Positions 14,181 through 31,078 of a stretch of 64,000 nt of DNA are shown here, one piece after another. Where the stretch lies: NCBI RefSeq assembly GCF_009914755.1, contig NC_060930.1. One strand, 5' to 3'. Source of the stretch: the human T2T-CHM13v2.0 reference genome, Homo sapiens. A program made the position numbers and the translations under genes. Positions within the stretch are counted from its first letter, which is position 1. Every line of letters begins with the position of its first letter. Below the pieces are notes generated by a model that saw only the letters and a program-made list of their open reading frames with translations, did not search any database and was not told the origin of the DNA.

Positions 14181-14498
14181 TCCAAACCTACTTCTAGTGC
14201 CCCTCCTGGGAAGGCCCACCTTCTCATAGCAGGGTGACACCGCTGGTGTGTCTGCAGGATTCCAAACCTACCTCCAGTGCCCCTCCTGGGAAGGCCCACC
14301 TTCTCATAGCAGGGTGACACCGCTGGTGTGTCTGCAGGATTCCAAACCTACCTCCAGTGCCCCTCCTGGGAAGGCCCACCTTCTCATAGCAGGGTGACAC
14401 CGCTGGTGTGTCTGCAGGATTCCAAACCTACCTCCAGTGCCCCTCCTGGGAAGGCCCACCTTCTCATAGCAGGTGATACTGCTGGTGTGTCTGCAGGA
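14181..14498. repeat. 80-bp tandem repeat, 4 copies
   Basis: TCCAAACCTA... starts at 14181, 14261, 14341, 14421. Confidence 0.96.
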
Positions 14499-15069
14499 GT
14501 CTTCACGCTCCATCGCGCAGCACTGGCCACTTGTCTGGTTACACATAAGACCTCCACGTTCACAAGTGGTATGTCTAGCAGACCTTTGAGGATCCCCAGC
14601 TTTCAGAGTGCTTGTGCATGCGCATTTAGTCATTCTTGGTAAATAAAATCCCTTTCAGACCTTTTCACTTTCTTCATTCACCAGCCCCAGGAAGTAGCTT
14701 TAGTTTTAAGACATCTTTTCATCTTTCATGAAGAAATGAAGTTTCTATCTCTTCCTGAGGCTTGCCATTCCTTCGGGAGGGCAGAGCTGTCTCTCATCAG
14801 GACGTGGAGCTGCTGGGCGGTTTGCTTCCCCACATCAGCCCTGTGGAACAGTCCATTCAGCAGCCCCTGCTTCAGCTACTCCCAAGCGAGAATGTGGGGC
14901 CCTCCCGGAGCGGAGCCGCACCGCCTGTCTCTGGGCCCCATCTGTGTGTGGACATGTCCGTCTCCTACCCTGCACTCTCGCCTCTGCATTCCTGGCACCC
15001 AGCAGCACCAGCCACAAAGATTTTCAGCCAGTGACAAAGGTTGGGAGCAGCAGAGTTCATGCAAGGAGT

Positions 15070-15522
15070 CCACACAAGGGTTCCTCACTTCTGACAGCAA
15101 CAGCACACTGAAGGGGTTCCCAAGCCAACTTCAGATTTACCCTTTCACCATAACTCACAGAGCTCCCTGGAAGCAGTTACACTTATAGTTATGATTTACT
15201 GCAGCAAAAAGATACAGGTTAAAATCAACCAAGATGCACACAGGGCAGAGTCCAGGAGGGAATTGAATGCAGAGTTCCCACCAGCTCTCCCGTGGAATCA
15301 GATGTGTTGTGTTCCCAGCACCCACGTGTGGCAGTGCACATGGAGTATCATCAGCCGGAGGTGCTTCCCCGAGCCTTGGTGTCCAGAGTTTTTCCCGGGG
15401 CTCTGACATGGGCAGGATTGGTCCATTGATCACTCAGGTACTGCATGGCCAGCCCCTGCTCCGTATCCTGTCATTAGCCAAGGAGCAAGGCCAGCCCTCT
15501 TTTTGGGCAAGGTTAAATTCTT
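15070..15522 (-). mobile_element. Old LTR (MER21-like) interrupted near its end by the CHP1 retrocopy
   Basis: Resembles recalled MER21; terminal segment GGGCAAGGTTAAATTCTT continues as TACTGCA at 18392 after the pseudogene; boundaries approximate. Confidence 0.55.
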
Positions 15523-18383
<2,861 letters not shown>

Positions 18384-18597
18384 AAATTCTTTACTGCATG
18401 CTGACTAAGGGCAGGGCTCTATCCATGTGCATCGAGTGGCCTCGTAAGCTGTGAACAGAGTGCCTGTGGGACGTGGGATGAAGTCTCTTCTGCCTGATTT
18501 TAAGTCTTTGCAAACTTTTTAGACCGTAAGGAGCTAAGCTCAGTCTGCTCGTGAAAAATGATGGTGACATGCCATGTGTGCCCTTCCCGTTTGACAG

Positions 18598-18784
18598 ACG
18601 GCGATCTCGATGTCGTGTTTGCCTCTTCCTCTAAGTGCGGAAAGGATAAGACCAAGTCTGTTTCTTCCACCATCTTCTTCCACTGTGACCCTCTGGTGGA
18701 GGACGGGATCCCCGAGTTCAGTCACGAGACTGCCGACTGCCAGTACCTCTTCTCTTGGTACACCTCAGCCGTGTGTCCTCTGGG
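18598..18784 (+). CDS. IGF2R: IGF2R exon ~45 ([63 protein letters not shown])
   Basis: acag|A at 18598, GG|gtgagt; 187 nt; ORF 18558-18788. Confidence 0.95.
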
Positions 18785-19215
18785 GTGAGTATGACATCCG
18801 GAAGCTTAGCACTTGTACCCCACATCTTCCCTTAAGAATAAGTGTATGTGTGTTTTTTCCCCAATGTTTTCTTGTGAAATATTCAGAACATGCACCAAAA
18901 AATAGAGAAAATGATAGAAGCGGACCCCACATAGTCAGTGCCCCGCTCCGTTGCTTGTCAGCATCCTGCCACTGATTTTTGGTCCATGGCTGCGTCACCT
19001 CCCACCACCCCCAGTAGCAGTGCCATTGTTTCCTTTGTGTGTACCATGCCCCGAATAGGGTCCAGTCAGGGCACCCCAGCTCTGTCCCTCTACCCTGTTC
19101 CCATTGCTGCCTCCCTCTCCTTAGCTCCTGGGAGGCAAGTACTGGTGGTGCCTCCTCTGTGTAATCCTGGAACATCTTTTGTGTCGTAATACAAATGATT
19201 GTTTGGTAAAGTTTC

Positions 19216-19267
19216 ACTTTGATTTGAGTGCAGTATTTTTACTTTGATTTGAGTGCAGTATTTTTAC
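19216..19267. repeat. 25-bp direct tandem duplication
   Basis: ACTTTGATTTGAGTGCAGTATTTTT x2. Confidence 0.9.
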
Positions 19268-19494
19268 GTTTGTTTGAATGAATGAAAAGCTTACTCTCCA
19301 GATTTTGAGAATCAGCATGAGAACAGAGGGAGCAGTTTCTGCTCTGAAGGAAGGTGGCACCTCCATTGGTTGTCTTGTGTCCCACAGCCGTTTTATACTT
19401 TGCCACGAATAACATGTTGTCAGTTGCTTTCCTCTTGGATTTATTTTCTTCTTATGTTACCCCCACCCATCATTGTATTTATATTTATTTTTAC

Positions 19495-19793
19495 TTTTTA
19501 TTTTTTTGGGATGGACTCTTGCTCTGTCACTCAGGCTGGAGTGCAGTGGTGCGGTCTTGGCTCGTTGCAACCTCTGCCTCCTGGTTCAGACGATTCTCCT
19601 GCCTCAGCCTCCCAAGTAGCTGGGATTGCAGGCATGTGTCATTATGCCCTGCTAATTTTTGTATTTTTGGTAGAGATGGGGTTTCACCATGTTGACCAGG
19701 CTGGTCTTGAACTCCTCACCTCAGATAATCTGCCTGCCTTGGCCTCCCAAAGTGCTGGCATTACAAGCGTGAGCTGCCATGCCCGGCCTGGCC
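19495..19793 (-). mobile_element. Alu
   Basis: Reverse Alu body with T-rich tail. Confidence 0.9.
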
Positions 19794-20541
19794 CACCATT
19801 TTACATAAGCTTTTCATTCTCTGTCCTGAGACTTTAAGATTGGGGGAACATGAATTCTTGCCATGTAATTGTTTCCTTCATGTCCTGAAAAAGGGACCGT
19901 AGAGTCAGCAGACGACAGTGGTGGGGGTCATGGGGGAATGAAGATCACACATTTTACATCTTAAATCAGCACTCCCCCTGCCCACCCTTAACAGTGGACA
20001 TGAGCTCAGCAAAAACCAGCTTTGTCCTGTGCTGTTCAGGCCTGTGTACTTAGGGATCCTCAGCTGCACAGTCAGGGAAAGAGGCTTTTGGTTGAAATTT
20101 CACTTGTGGTATTTTCAGCTTTTGAATGTTTATGGTGTTCCGGTGACGTCATTACAAAATGAAAGGATTGAAACTGGAAGTTCTTCCTGAAAGAAGCAAA
20201 ATGTGAATTTTTATAAAAGATAAAACCCAGAAGTGAACTTTCCCTGCATTCTCTGTCATGGAGAGGCTACAGCTGCCATGAGATGAATCCTGCCTCCTGA
20301 CATGGCAGCTGGTCTTCTGTGTGGGTTTGAGGGACCAGGCCAGGCTAGGATCCCATCCATGTTGAATGTTTAGAGTTCGACTTCTGTGAGTAGGAAAAGC
20401 ACCGTTTATAGGGCTTTGGTGTTTGACTCTAAAACCAGAGAGGAAGATTCTCCAGGAAACCTCGGTTTCATGATGTTCAGAACATCAGGATTGGGAGCTG
20501 TTTAAATCCCTTAACACACTGACAAGGTAATAAGGACTTTA

Positions 20542-20988
<447 letters not shown>

Positions 20989-21490
20989 TCATGTAACTAT
21001 AACAAACAGGTAGCAATGTTCGCCCTAATAGATTACCATTTTTAGTTCTTTTAGCTATTTCTTCTGGAATTTACCTCAGTATTTTAAATTAACATCCTAT
21101 ATCTCATCTGTTGACTTCCTGCAATAGTAGATGAAGATAGAGCTGTCTTACACCTTCCTCCTACTTTACAAAAATGGTTCTTTCACAATATTTGATTAAA
21201 GTCAAAAAATTTACACAAAGCTAAAAGACAGGCATCTACAGATGGAAGGGGCAGGCTATGTGCCCAGCACAGTTATTGATGACAAGACCCACCCACTTAT
21301 GAAATACCAGGAGAGCAGATACAAAGAAAAGACTGTAAAAGCTTTAGGGGAGGCTAATTTGTTGTATTAGAAAATAATTCAAGAAAGGTTAAAATACTTT
21401 AAATCCTCACTTTATATCATCGATAGGTTCTTGGAAACTGCAACTTTATGTGAAATGATGTATAATGAAACCAGTTTTTTTTCCTCAGCT

Positions 21491-21820
<330 letters not shown>

Positions 21821-22849
21821 TCATCAACTTTATAATGAGACAGTTTTGAAGGAAATGATGTCATTCGAGGACCTCCCATAGTCGCTTCACGGAAGGTTGC
21901 AGTTTGAAGGAAACTGTCAGCGACCCTATGAGGACACACTGTACTGGACAACAGTGGTGTCTAAGCTGAGAGGGGTGGCAGAGTTCCCAGCTTTTAAAAT
22001 TTCTTACAGTGATAGCATCATATGAAAGTAAAACCATTTTCTTGAAAGAAATGAAGGAAGGAAGAAAAGGTAGAGTTCCTAATTGTTTGGAAGACATACT
22101 GTTAGACTTCCTGTCTTAGTATGCATGCCAGTATTTTAAGAATAACCACTAAAATAATATAAATATAGTATGTAACTTCCAAAACAGCGGAGAAGAAAAG
22201 GAGAAGTAAAAATACTTAAATCCCCAAAGAAGACAAGCAAGGAGAAAAATAAAACAAAAATCAGATAAGTAGAAATTTCAGCCCAGTATGGTAGAAATAA
22301 ATCTAAATATATCTATAATCATAAGTATAGCTTGACTAAACTTGTCAGCTAAAAAACAAGTTGTCAAACTGGATTTCAAAAACAACTCTGTTTACAGGGA
22401 ACATGCCTAAAACAAGGATACAGAAAAGACCAAAGTCAAAGGAGAAGAAAAGATATACCAGAAAATAATCTGAAAGAAAGCTGCAGTAGTTATGTTAATA
22501 TAAGATAAAATAGGATATTAAAGAAAAATATTAGGGATAAAGAATAAAGAGGGTCATTATAATTTTAAAAGGGCTAATTTCCTAGGAAGATACAAGAATC
22601 CTAAACTTCCATCTACCTAATAAAAAAGCCTTGATATGTAAAGCAGAAATTGACAAAACCACACACAAGAAACAAGCCTAGTGATTGCTGGGTTGAGTAG
22701 ACAAAGAGTAAAGCTTTTTTTGGAAGATTGAGACAGCACAGTGAAAAGCAAGATTTAATAGACATGCGCAGAACACTGTTCCCTGCGTTGGGAGAACACT
22801 GTTTGCCCAAGCTTACATCAAACACTTAGAAAACTTTAGCAAAAATTAA

Positions 22850-23190
<341 letters not shown>

Positions 23191-24617
23191 TAAGTCAGCA
23201 GATTTCTGACTGATGCAATTAACTACATACATGATGCAATTAAGTTAGGAACCAAGAACAAACAACTGAAAAATAGAAATACGTTTGAAGACTAAAACTC
23301 ACTTCTGAATAATCTATGGTCCAAAGAAGAAATCAAAGGTAGAAAGTAAAATACGCTTAGAACTGAGTGATGATGTGTCTCTTGGATGCATTTCGAGTGG
23401 TCCTGAGTGGCTGGAGCTGCTTCTGGGTGAGTGGGTTTCTGGCTTGGAGGGAGAGGTCTGCATAGCTCTCAGACCTGTCTGTGGAGTGTGGTGGTGCTTC
23501 TTTCTGAGCAGAGGTCAACCCTTGCAGGCCCACCTAGAACTGGACGCCAGGCTGTCCCTGTGGTTTCTTGTCTTGCTGATGTTTTAGATTGTTTGGCTTA
23601 AGCTGAACTTTGAGAGCGGCAGCCCTTGCGGCTGGGCCGCGGGTTGGCCTGTTGCCCTCAACCTCAGTTCTTTGAGCAGCCGGCATCTTCAGCAGCACAA
23701 GATGCGCCCCGCTGGGGTTGCCTCTTATCACCAGCAGCACAGGAGGAATTTCTGTTTATGTGATCCTGTTCCTGTGTGTGTGGCCCCAAGTGACAGAGGG
23801 CCAGAGAGATTAGAAGTGTCAAGTCGTTACACTCTTGAGTGTCATCTTGCTCCCTAAGCGCAAAGGGAAGTCTCCGTGGTTGTTTCTCATTTTCTATTAT
23901 TGTCCCAACTCTGCTTGAGTGTTCGATGTCATGGAAACGCACTGCTTTTTCCCACAAGTGTGCATGTGGGTCTTGGGTGGGAATGGTGAACTCCGCTGGT
24001 GAGGCAGCTGGTGTGCTCAAGAGCCTTCTCCTGGGATGGAGCAGGCTTGGAGAGAGGAGACCCGTCGGGGGCTGTGCTGGGCTCTGCTGCTCCCTGGGCC
24101 CCACCCTGGTCTGTGGCCGCCCCTGGGCCCCGTCCTGGCCTGTTTCTAAGGCCCCCTGGGCCCCTTTCGTGTGGAGATGGTGTCTCATGGTGGGCTGCGC
24201 TCACTGCTTCCAGAAGAAATTCTGAGAGGAAAGAGCTCTGACCCTGGAGAGAAGTGTGGTGCTTCGGGACAGCCTCTGCCCCAGCCTAGTCCTGCCGTGG
24301 ATTGGGCCACCTAGAGGGGGCCGCGTCCCTCCTGCCTGTCTCCTCTGTGTTTGGGTGAATGATAGTTCATGGAGCTGGAAGCAGTGCCTTCTTGTCTGCT
24401 TTCTGACAACCCTGCCACAAACTCATCATCAGGAACTTTTTGCAGCCCTCTTCCATGTGGAGTGGGACTTGTGGCCTTGTTTTCTGGGCAGGAGTAAGAA
24501 TCACATGGTGTTGGGAAAGTCAGAGCTGCTCTTGCCTTGGGGACTCAGGTCTCAGGTTGTGGCTGTGGCAGCAGGACCACCCTGTGACACGGCTCCTTTT
24601 CTGTGACGTCCTTGCAG

Positions 24618-24770
24618 GGTGGGCTTTGACAGCGAGAATCCCGGGGACGACGGGCAGATGCACAAGGGGCTGTCAGAACGGAGCCAGGCAGTCGGCGCGG
24701 TGCTCAGCCTGCTGCTGGTGGCGCTCACCTGCTGCCTGCTGGCCCTGTTGCTCTACAAGAAGGAGAGGAG
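24618..24770 (+). CDS. IGF2R: IGF2R exon ~46, juxtamembrane + transmembrane segment ([51 protein letters not shown])
   Basis: tgcag|G at 24618, AG|gtaagc; 153 nt, phase 2-2; hydrophobic run followed by KKERR stop-transfer. Confidence 0.96.
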
Positions 24771-25350
24771 GTAAGCGGGTGGCAGGGCGAGGTGGGGCGG
24801 GTGGATGCATGCCTCCCATAGCTAATCTTGGGGTCAGTTTTGTGGGGTTTTATTTATTTGTTTTTAAGCCCTACAGCAGCGAAGGCTCGAGGTTCTTAGT
24901 CCAAAACTCTCTGGAAGCAGTCCCCAGCGTTGTGGTTTTTAAATGCCTGCATTTCTGTCTGACCAAGGCCGAGGCCCTCGCACATCACCCGTGCCTGCGG
25001 CTTCTAGGACCGTGGTCCTTTGTGTCCAAAGATGAGTAGAACATTAAACGGCACCTTTCATGGGTGCCTTTTCCCACTGAGCAGCTGACCCCTCTGCCCT
25101 CCTCACATCATAAATGCAGGAGTTTATTAAGCGCCTGCTATGTACCAGGTATGATGCCATCCTTTTGCGCCACTTTGCTGGGTGAAAGGACTCTCCATGT
25201 GACGGTCAAGCAGATTTTCACGTCAGGCGTCAGTGTTAGTGGCTCTGACCTGGGGGCAGGAGCTGGCCAGCTCAGGCGTTCCCTGCTGCCACTGTCATTT
25301 GCCAGCTGAGCCACAGGCCAATGAGAGAGGTGGTCAGAAAGTACCAACCA

Positions 25351-25433
25351 TGGAGGTTGCAGTGAGCCAAGATCTCACCACTGCACTCTAGCCTGGGCAA
25401 CAGAGTGAGACTCTGTCCAAAAAAAAAAAAAAA
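25351..25433 (+). mobile_element. 5'-truncated Alu right-arm fragment
   Basis: GGAGGTTGCAGTGAGCCAAGATC...A tail. Confidence 0.85.
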
Positions 25434-25844
25434 GTACCGATTGTGGCCCTCTACACCCAAAATGCAGAATGGGGCAGAAGAAGGTCTGGGCCGGGAAGGG
25501 CATGTGATGTCTGTCTCTGCGAGCCACCATTGGGCAGGCTTAGTGGCGACGGACTGGTGTGGTCCTGTTAGTCATGTGAAAAAGTCCTTGCCCTAATGTT
25601 AAGTTGCTCTAGAGGGCCCTCTGCTGTTGGATTCCAAAGCCCATGTTCTTTCCACTCAATCACAACAAATACATTAGGGTATATATAACCTGTCACGGCT
25701 ACTCATTTGTCATTCAGAATGTGGGAGAAATGCAGCCGCCACCAGCCCCCTGGTGGTGCAGATGGGGGTGGGGCTGGCGGGGGTGGGGCTCCTGCCCATG
25801 CCCTCTCTACACTGGAGTAATTATTGTCTCCTTTTTTTTAATAG

Positions 25845-25914
25845 GGAAACAGTGATAAGTAAGCTGACCACTTGCTGTAGGAGAAGTTCCAACGTGTCCT
25901 ACAAATACTCAAAG
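25845..25914 (+). CDS. IGF2R: IGF2R exon ~47, cytoplasmic tail (ETVISKLTTCCRRSSNVSYKYSK)
   Basis: atag|G at 25845, AAG|gtaatt; 70 nt; CC palmitoylation sites and start of the YKYSKV internalisation motif. Confidence 0.96.
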
Positions 25915-26772
25915 GTAATTTTCTGTGGCGAGTCTCTTGAAGGCCTGCCTCCCCGGCCCCCTGTGCTGCGCTGTCCATGTCGTTCTCATCAGGGGTGCCA
26001 AGGAAAGCAGTCACAGGCTGACTGGAATCCAGAAAGGAAAGCAACACCCGTTGCCTCAGCCACTTACGCCAGCACATTTTTTTGTTATTTTTTTCCCTCA
26101 AGTTTCTCTCGTGGTTACAACTGATTTCCTTGAAGTATTTAATAATTAGGTTGTTTCCACTGTTTTTGGCTGTTCTTTAAAAAAAAAACAAAACACACAC
26201 ACACACAGTAGTGAAGATAGTTGTGCATGTAGCATTTGGATGATTTCTTTCAGATAAATTTGCAGAAAAGAGGCATTATCTGGATCAAAGGACATAATGT
26301 TTGTGGTCTCGATGGGTAATGATGAATTGCTCTCTAAAACTAGGCTTTTGACTCGAGTCCCTCCTTTGACATTCCTCCCCTGCCATGCAGTGGGCACCTT
26401 TCAGTCTATGAGTAGCCCGGAAGAGCCCCTTCTCCCCCAGCTGCGCTGGGGGATCACTGGTCTGCTTTTCGGTCCAGGCCATCCCGAACGCCTTCTGCTT
26501 GGTCCCACCCTTGGCTGTGAGACTCCTGCCAAATGACCCCACTGCCACCCTCCCAAACCCTCCTGCCTTGGTGCAGTCTCATTAGGAACAGGAAGGTGTT
26601 GCCAGCCCTCGTCTTCCTTTCCCTGGGAACTGGAGATGCAGTGACTGTGAGGACAGTGGGCCAGTTCTTCCCCAGCTCGTGCCAGCAGAGAGCATCCCTG
26701 ATGTGGTGGATGGTGGAGCAGAATGGGGTCTCTTAGGGGGCTCACGTGGTCTCTGCTGTTGATCCCTGGCAG

Positions 26773-27183
26773 GTGAATAAGGAAGAAGAGACAGATGAGA
26801 ATGAAACAGAGTGGCTGATGGAAGAGATCCAGCTGCCTCCTCCACGGCAGGGAAAGGAAGGGCAGGAGAACGGCCATATTACCACCAAGTCAGTGAAAGC
26901 CCTCAGCTCCCTGCATGGGGATGACCAGGACAGTGAGGATGAGGTTCTGACCATCCCAGAGGTGAAAGTTCACTCGGGCAGGGGAGCTGGGGCAGAGAGC
27001 TCCCACCCAGTGAGAAACGCACAGAGCAATGCCCTTCAGGAGCGTGAGGACGATAGGGTGGGGCTGGTCAGGGGTGAGAAGGCGAGGAAAGGGAAGTCCA
27101 GCTCTGCACAGCAGAAGACAGTGAGCTCCACCAAGCTGGTGTCCTTCCATGACGACAGCGACGAGGACCTCTTACACATCTGA
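26773..27183 (+). CDS. IGF2R: IGF2R terminal exon coding part ([20 protein letters not shown]...[10 protein letters not shown])
   Basis: gcag|GTG at 26773; WLM retrieval motif and C-terminal acidic-dileucine DxxLL (GGA binding); TGA 27181-27183. Confidence 0.97.
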
Positions 27184-27993
27184 CTCCGCAGTGCCTGCAG
27201 GGGAGCACGGAGCCGCGGGACAGCCAAGCACCTCCAACCAAATAAGACTTCCACTCGATGATGCTTCTATAATTTTGCCTTTAACAGAAACTTTCAAAAG
27301 GGAAGAGTTTTTGTGATGGGGGAGAGGGTGAAGGAGGTCAGGCCCCACTCCTTCCTGATTGTTTACAGTCATTGGAATAAGGCATGGCTCAGATCGGCCA
27401 CAGGGCGGTACCTTGTGCCCAGGGTTTTGCCCCAAGTCCTCATTTAAAAGCATAAGGCCGGACGCATCTCAAAACAGAGGGCTGCATTCGAAGAAACCCT
27501 TGCTGCTTTAGTCCCGATAGGGTATTTGACCCCGATATATTTTAGCATTTTAATTCTCTCCCCCTATTTATTGACTTTGACAATTACTCAGGTTTGAGAA
27601 AAAGGAAAAAAAAACAGCCACCGTTTCTTCCTGCCAGCAGGGGTGTGATGTACCAGTTTGTCCATCTTGAGATGGTGAGGCTGTCAGTGTATGGGGCAGC
27701 TTCCGGCGGGATGTTGAACTGGTCATTAATGTGTCCCCTGAGTTGGAGCTCATTCTGTCTCTTTTCTCTTTTGCTTTCTGTTTCTTAAGGGCACACACAC
27801 GTGCGTGCGAGCACACACACACATACGTGCACAGGGTCCCCGAGTGCCTAGGTTTTGGAGAGTTTGCCTGTTCTATGCCTTTAGTCAGGAATGGCTGCAC
27901 CTTTTTGCATGATATCTTCAAGCCTGGGCGTACAGAGCACATTTGTCAGTATTTTTGCCGGCTGGTGAATTCAACCTGCCCAAAGATTGATTT

Positions 27994-28033
<40 letters not shown>
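27994..28033 (+). repeat. (TG)n microsatellite in IGF2R 3' UTR
   Basis: ~16 uninterrupted TG units at 28001-28033 plus a short upstream interrupted stretch. Confidence 0.95.
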
Positions 28034-28036
<3 letters not shown>

Positions 28037-28270
28037 TGGAGTTGAGGTGTCAGAGAAAATGAATTTTTTCCAGATTTGGGGTATAGGTCTCATCTCTTCA
28101 GGTTCTCATGATACCACCTTTACTGTGCTTATTTTTTTAAGAAAAAAGTGTTGATCAACCATTCGACCTATAAGAAGCCTTAATTTGCACAGTGTGTGAC
28201 TTACAGAAACTGCATGAAAAATCATGGGCCAGAGCCTCGGCCATAGCATTGCACTTGGCCTCATGCTGGA

Positions 28271-28374
28271 GGGAGGCTGGGCGGGTACAGCGCGGAGGAG
28301 GAGGGAGGCCAGGCGGGCATGGCGTGGAGGAGGAGGGAGGCCGGGCGGTCACAGCATGGAGGAGGAGGGAGGCG
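28271..28374 (+). repeat. G-rich 32-bp tandem repeat (~3.2 copies) in IGF2R 3' UTR
   Basis: GGGAGGC...GGAGGAGGA units start at 28271, 28303, 28335, 28367. Confidence 0.8.
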
Positions 28375-28626
28375 CTGCTGGTGTTCTTATTCTGGCGGCA
28401 GCGCCTTTCCTGCCATGTTTAGTGAATGACTTTTCTCGCATTGTAGAATTGTATATAGACTCTGGTGTTCTATTGCTGAGAAGCAAACCGCCCTGCAGCA
28501 TCCCTCAGCCTGTACCGGTTTGGCTGGCTTGTTTGATTTCAACATGAGTGTATTTTTTAAAATTGATTTTTCTCTTCATTTTTTTTTCAATCAACTTTAC
28601 TGTAATATAAAGTATTCAACAATTTC

Positions 28627-28632
28627 AATAAA
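28627..28632 (+). terminator. Polyadenylation signal AATAAA (proximal IGF2R); further AATAAA at 28952, 31189, 33510, 35584
   Basis: Hexamer in AU-rich context with upstream TGTA and downstream GT/T tracts. Confidence 0.75.
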
Positions 28633-30640
28633 AGATAAATTATTAATTGGGTGTTACCATTTTTTCCTTGATAGTGAGACGTTCCCGAGCGAGTTACCCA
28701 TCTGCCTGCCTGTCTTTTCTTTCTGTTAAGTGACTGAATTTGGGTTTTAACTCTGGTGTTCTCGTTGACCCTTTATGAGGCAGCACTTTCATTTTTCTCC
28801 AGAGTCTCCTGGTCGTAGGTGTTAACTTTGGGTCCAATCTGCCTTCCCTTGGCTCTTTCTAGATCCGATTTCTTTACCTTCTCCAGGCCAACCTCGGGGT
28901 GTGGTCCTGTTCATCAAAACAATGAACATGGAGTTTAGAGTCCAGTGAGTCAATAAAGCTTTTTTTTGTGCAACCTGATCTAACATGGAGATGTTTTCTC
29001 TTGAGTAAACTCACTGAGTTTTCCATCTTAAATTACTCAGCAGTGACTGAGAGCTACCTGCATGGAAGCAGGAAGTTACTCCAGTGTTATAAACAAACTT
29101 CTTAGACTCAACATCCTATCCTCCATCCCTTTTTTTTTCCTGTAGAGTCCAAAAACCTCAACCGTCTCATTTTTAAATTATCCAATTGGAGTTACCTTTT
29201 TAAAAAAGTTATTCTTAAGGACTTTCCAATACCTCTCCTGAGGAAGACATGTCAGGTCTTCTAAAAGTTTACATTATGACCAAAGAAAGATGCTGGTCCT
29301 CAGGCATTCTACCCAGGGGGCTGTTCTCCAGGCCATTCCCACCTCCTGCTAAGACCATGGGGAGCCCTCTCTGTAAGGAGGGGCATATGCAGGGACCTGC
29401 CCATCCCCTTGGTAAGCTGGATGGCAAAAAGGCATGTTGTCTGCACCACTGGCTGCCTGCTAATGTCGCTGTCAGTGGGGAAGGAGAAGTGACAACACGT
29501 TTGAGTGCATTTGCTTTGACTCTTAGAAACCCAAGCCTCTGAAAAAAGAGTAACTACTTGCCAGCTGTTGTTACAGATGATATTTTTAGGAAAACATCCC
29601 GTGACAGCAAATCAGAATTGGACTCTTTTTCAGAGAAATGATTTTATTGATGGAGTACAACCTGGGTATTTAGCTTCCTTTCAACAAAATTTTTTGTGCC
29701 CCTTTCTTGAGACTGTCCATGAATGACAGAGACATAGAATAAGAACTGGGGTGCTAAAGATGGAATAGGCAAACCCCACACCAAGGAAATCCACAGTGAA
29801 GTGGAAATCTGGTTCTTATGAACATTTTAAGAGCATCTGAAGCCTGTACTTCACCAACCCTAAAATAATACGTAACACGAGATGATTCCTCAGGAAGGAA
29901 CATATAGACATACAGACAGGAGACAACATATAGACATTAGAACTTACAGGACAAAGAACTCTTTTTCCCTGAATCATTTGAGATGAAGTTTCTTCCCATC
30001 ACCAGGCATTCCTACAAACAAGGACCTTCACACGACTAAGATGCCACCTGGTGATTAAAGAACACTTTGGGCTGGTCCGATCCATTGTACAAGTTAAAGC
30101 ACTGATGGGTACACAGGTCTTACCCCTGTTGGCGATCGGGTCACAAGGAGCCAGTGTGTGTGTCACCAGGAGGTTGTATGGACGAGACTGGATTTCTGGA
30201 AATATCCTTTACTGACTCTGAAGAATCCCATGGCTCAGGGAGGTACACTCATGTCCTTTCTTACTTCTCCGGTTCCACTCTGTTGACTAGTAGTTGGCCT
30301 CTTGAGCCATACTTGCTGTCAGTTCTGGACATTGTTCTGTGAGAATGGGGTCAACGGGCAGTCGTGGTGCAGGTGAGCTTGTGTGCAAGGCGGCAAGATA
30401 GCCACATTGAGTTGGGGACAGTATGGCCTGGGGGTGTTGGATAGGTAAGGCAGAAGCAAGCCCAGAACTTGGAGCCTGTTGTGCCTGTCACAGTAAGGAG
30501 TTTGAAGTCCTGAAAGCAGTTGAGAGCTGTAGGAGGGCCAGATTGGGCTTTTGAGCAAGATAGTCTAGATGAAAGTAAAGAGATGGAGACGCTTCAGCAA
30601 CCAGATGGGAGGTTGGGCATGGGAGCTGTGGCTGTGCTGA

Positions 30641-31078
<438 letters not shown>

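Larger units (their letters stand above)
27184..28655 (+). other. IGF2R: IGF2R 3' UTR to the proximal poly(A) site (end approximate; longer UTRs possible)
   Basis: Follows the stop codon; AATAAA at 28627-28632 followed by GT/T-rich sequence. Confidence 0.75.
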
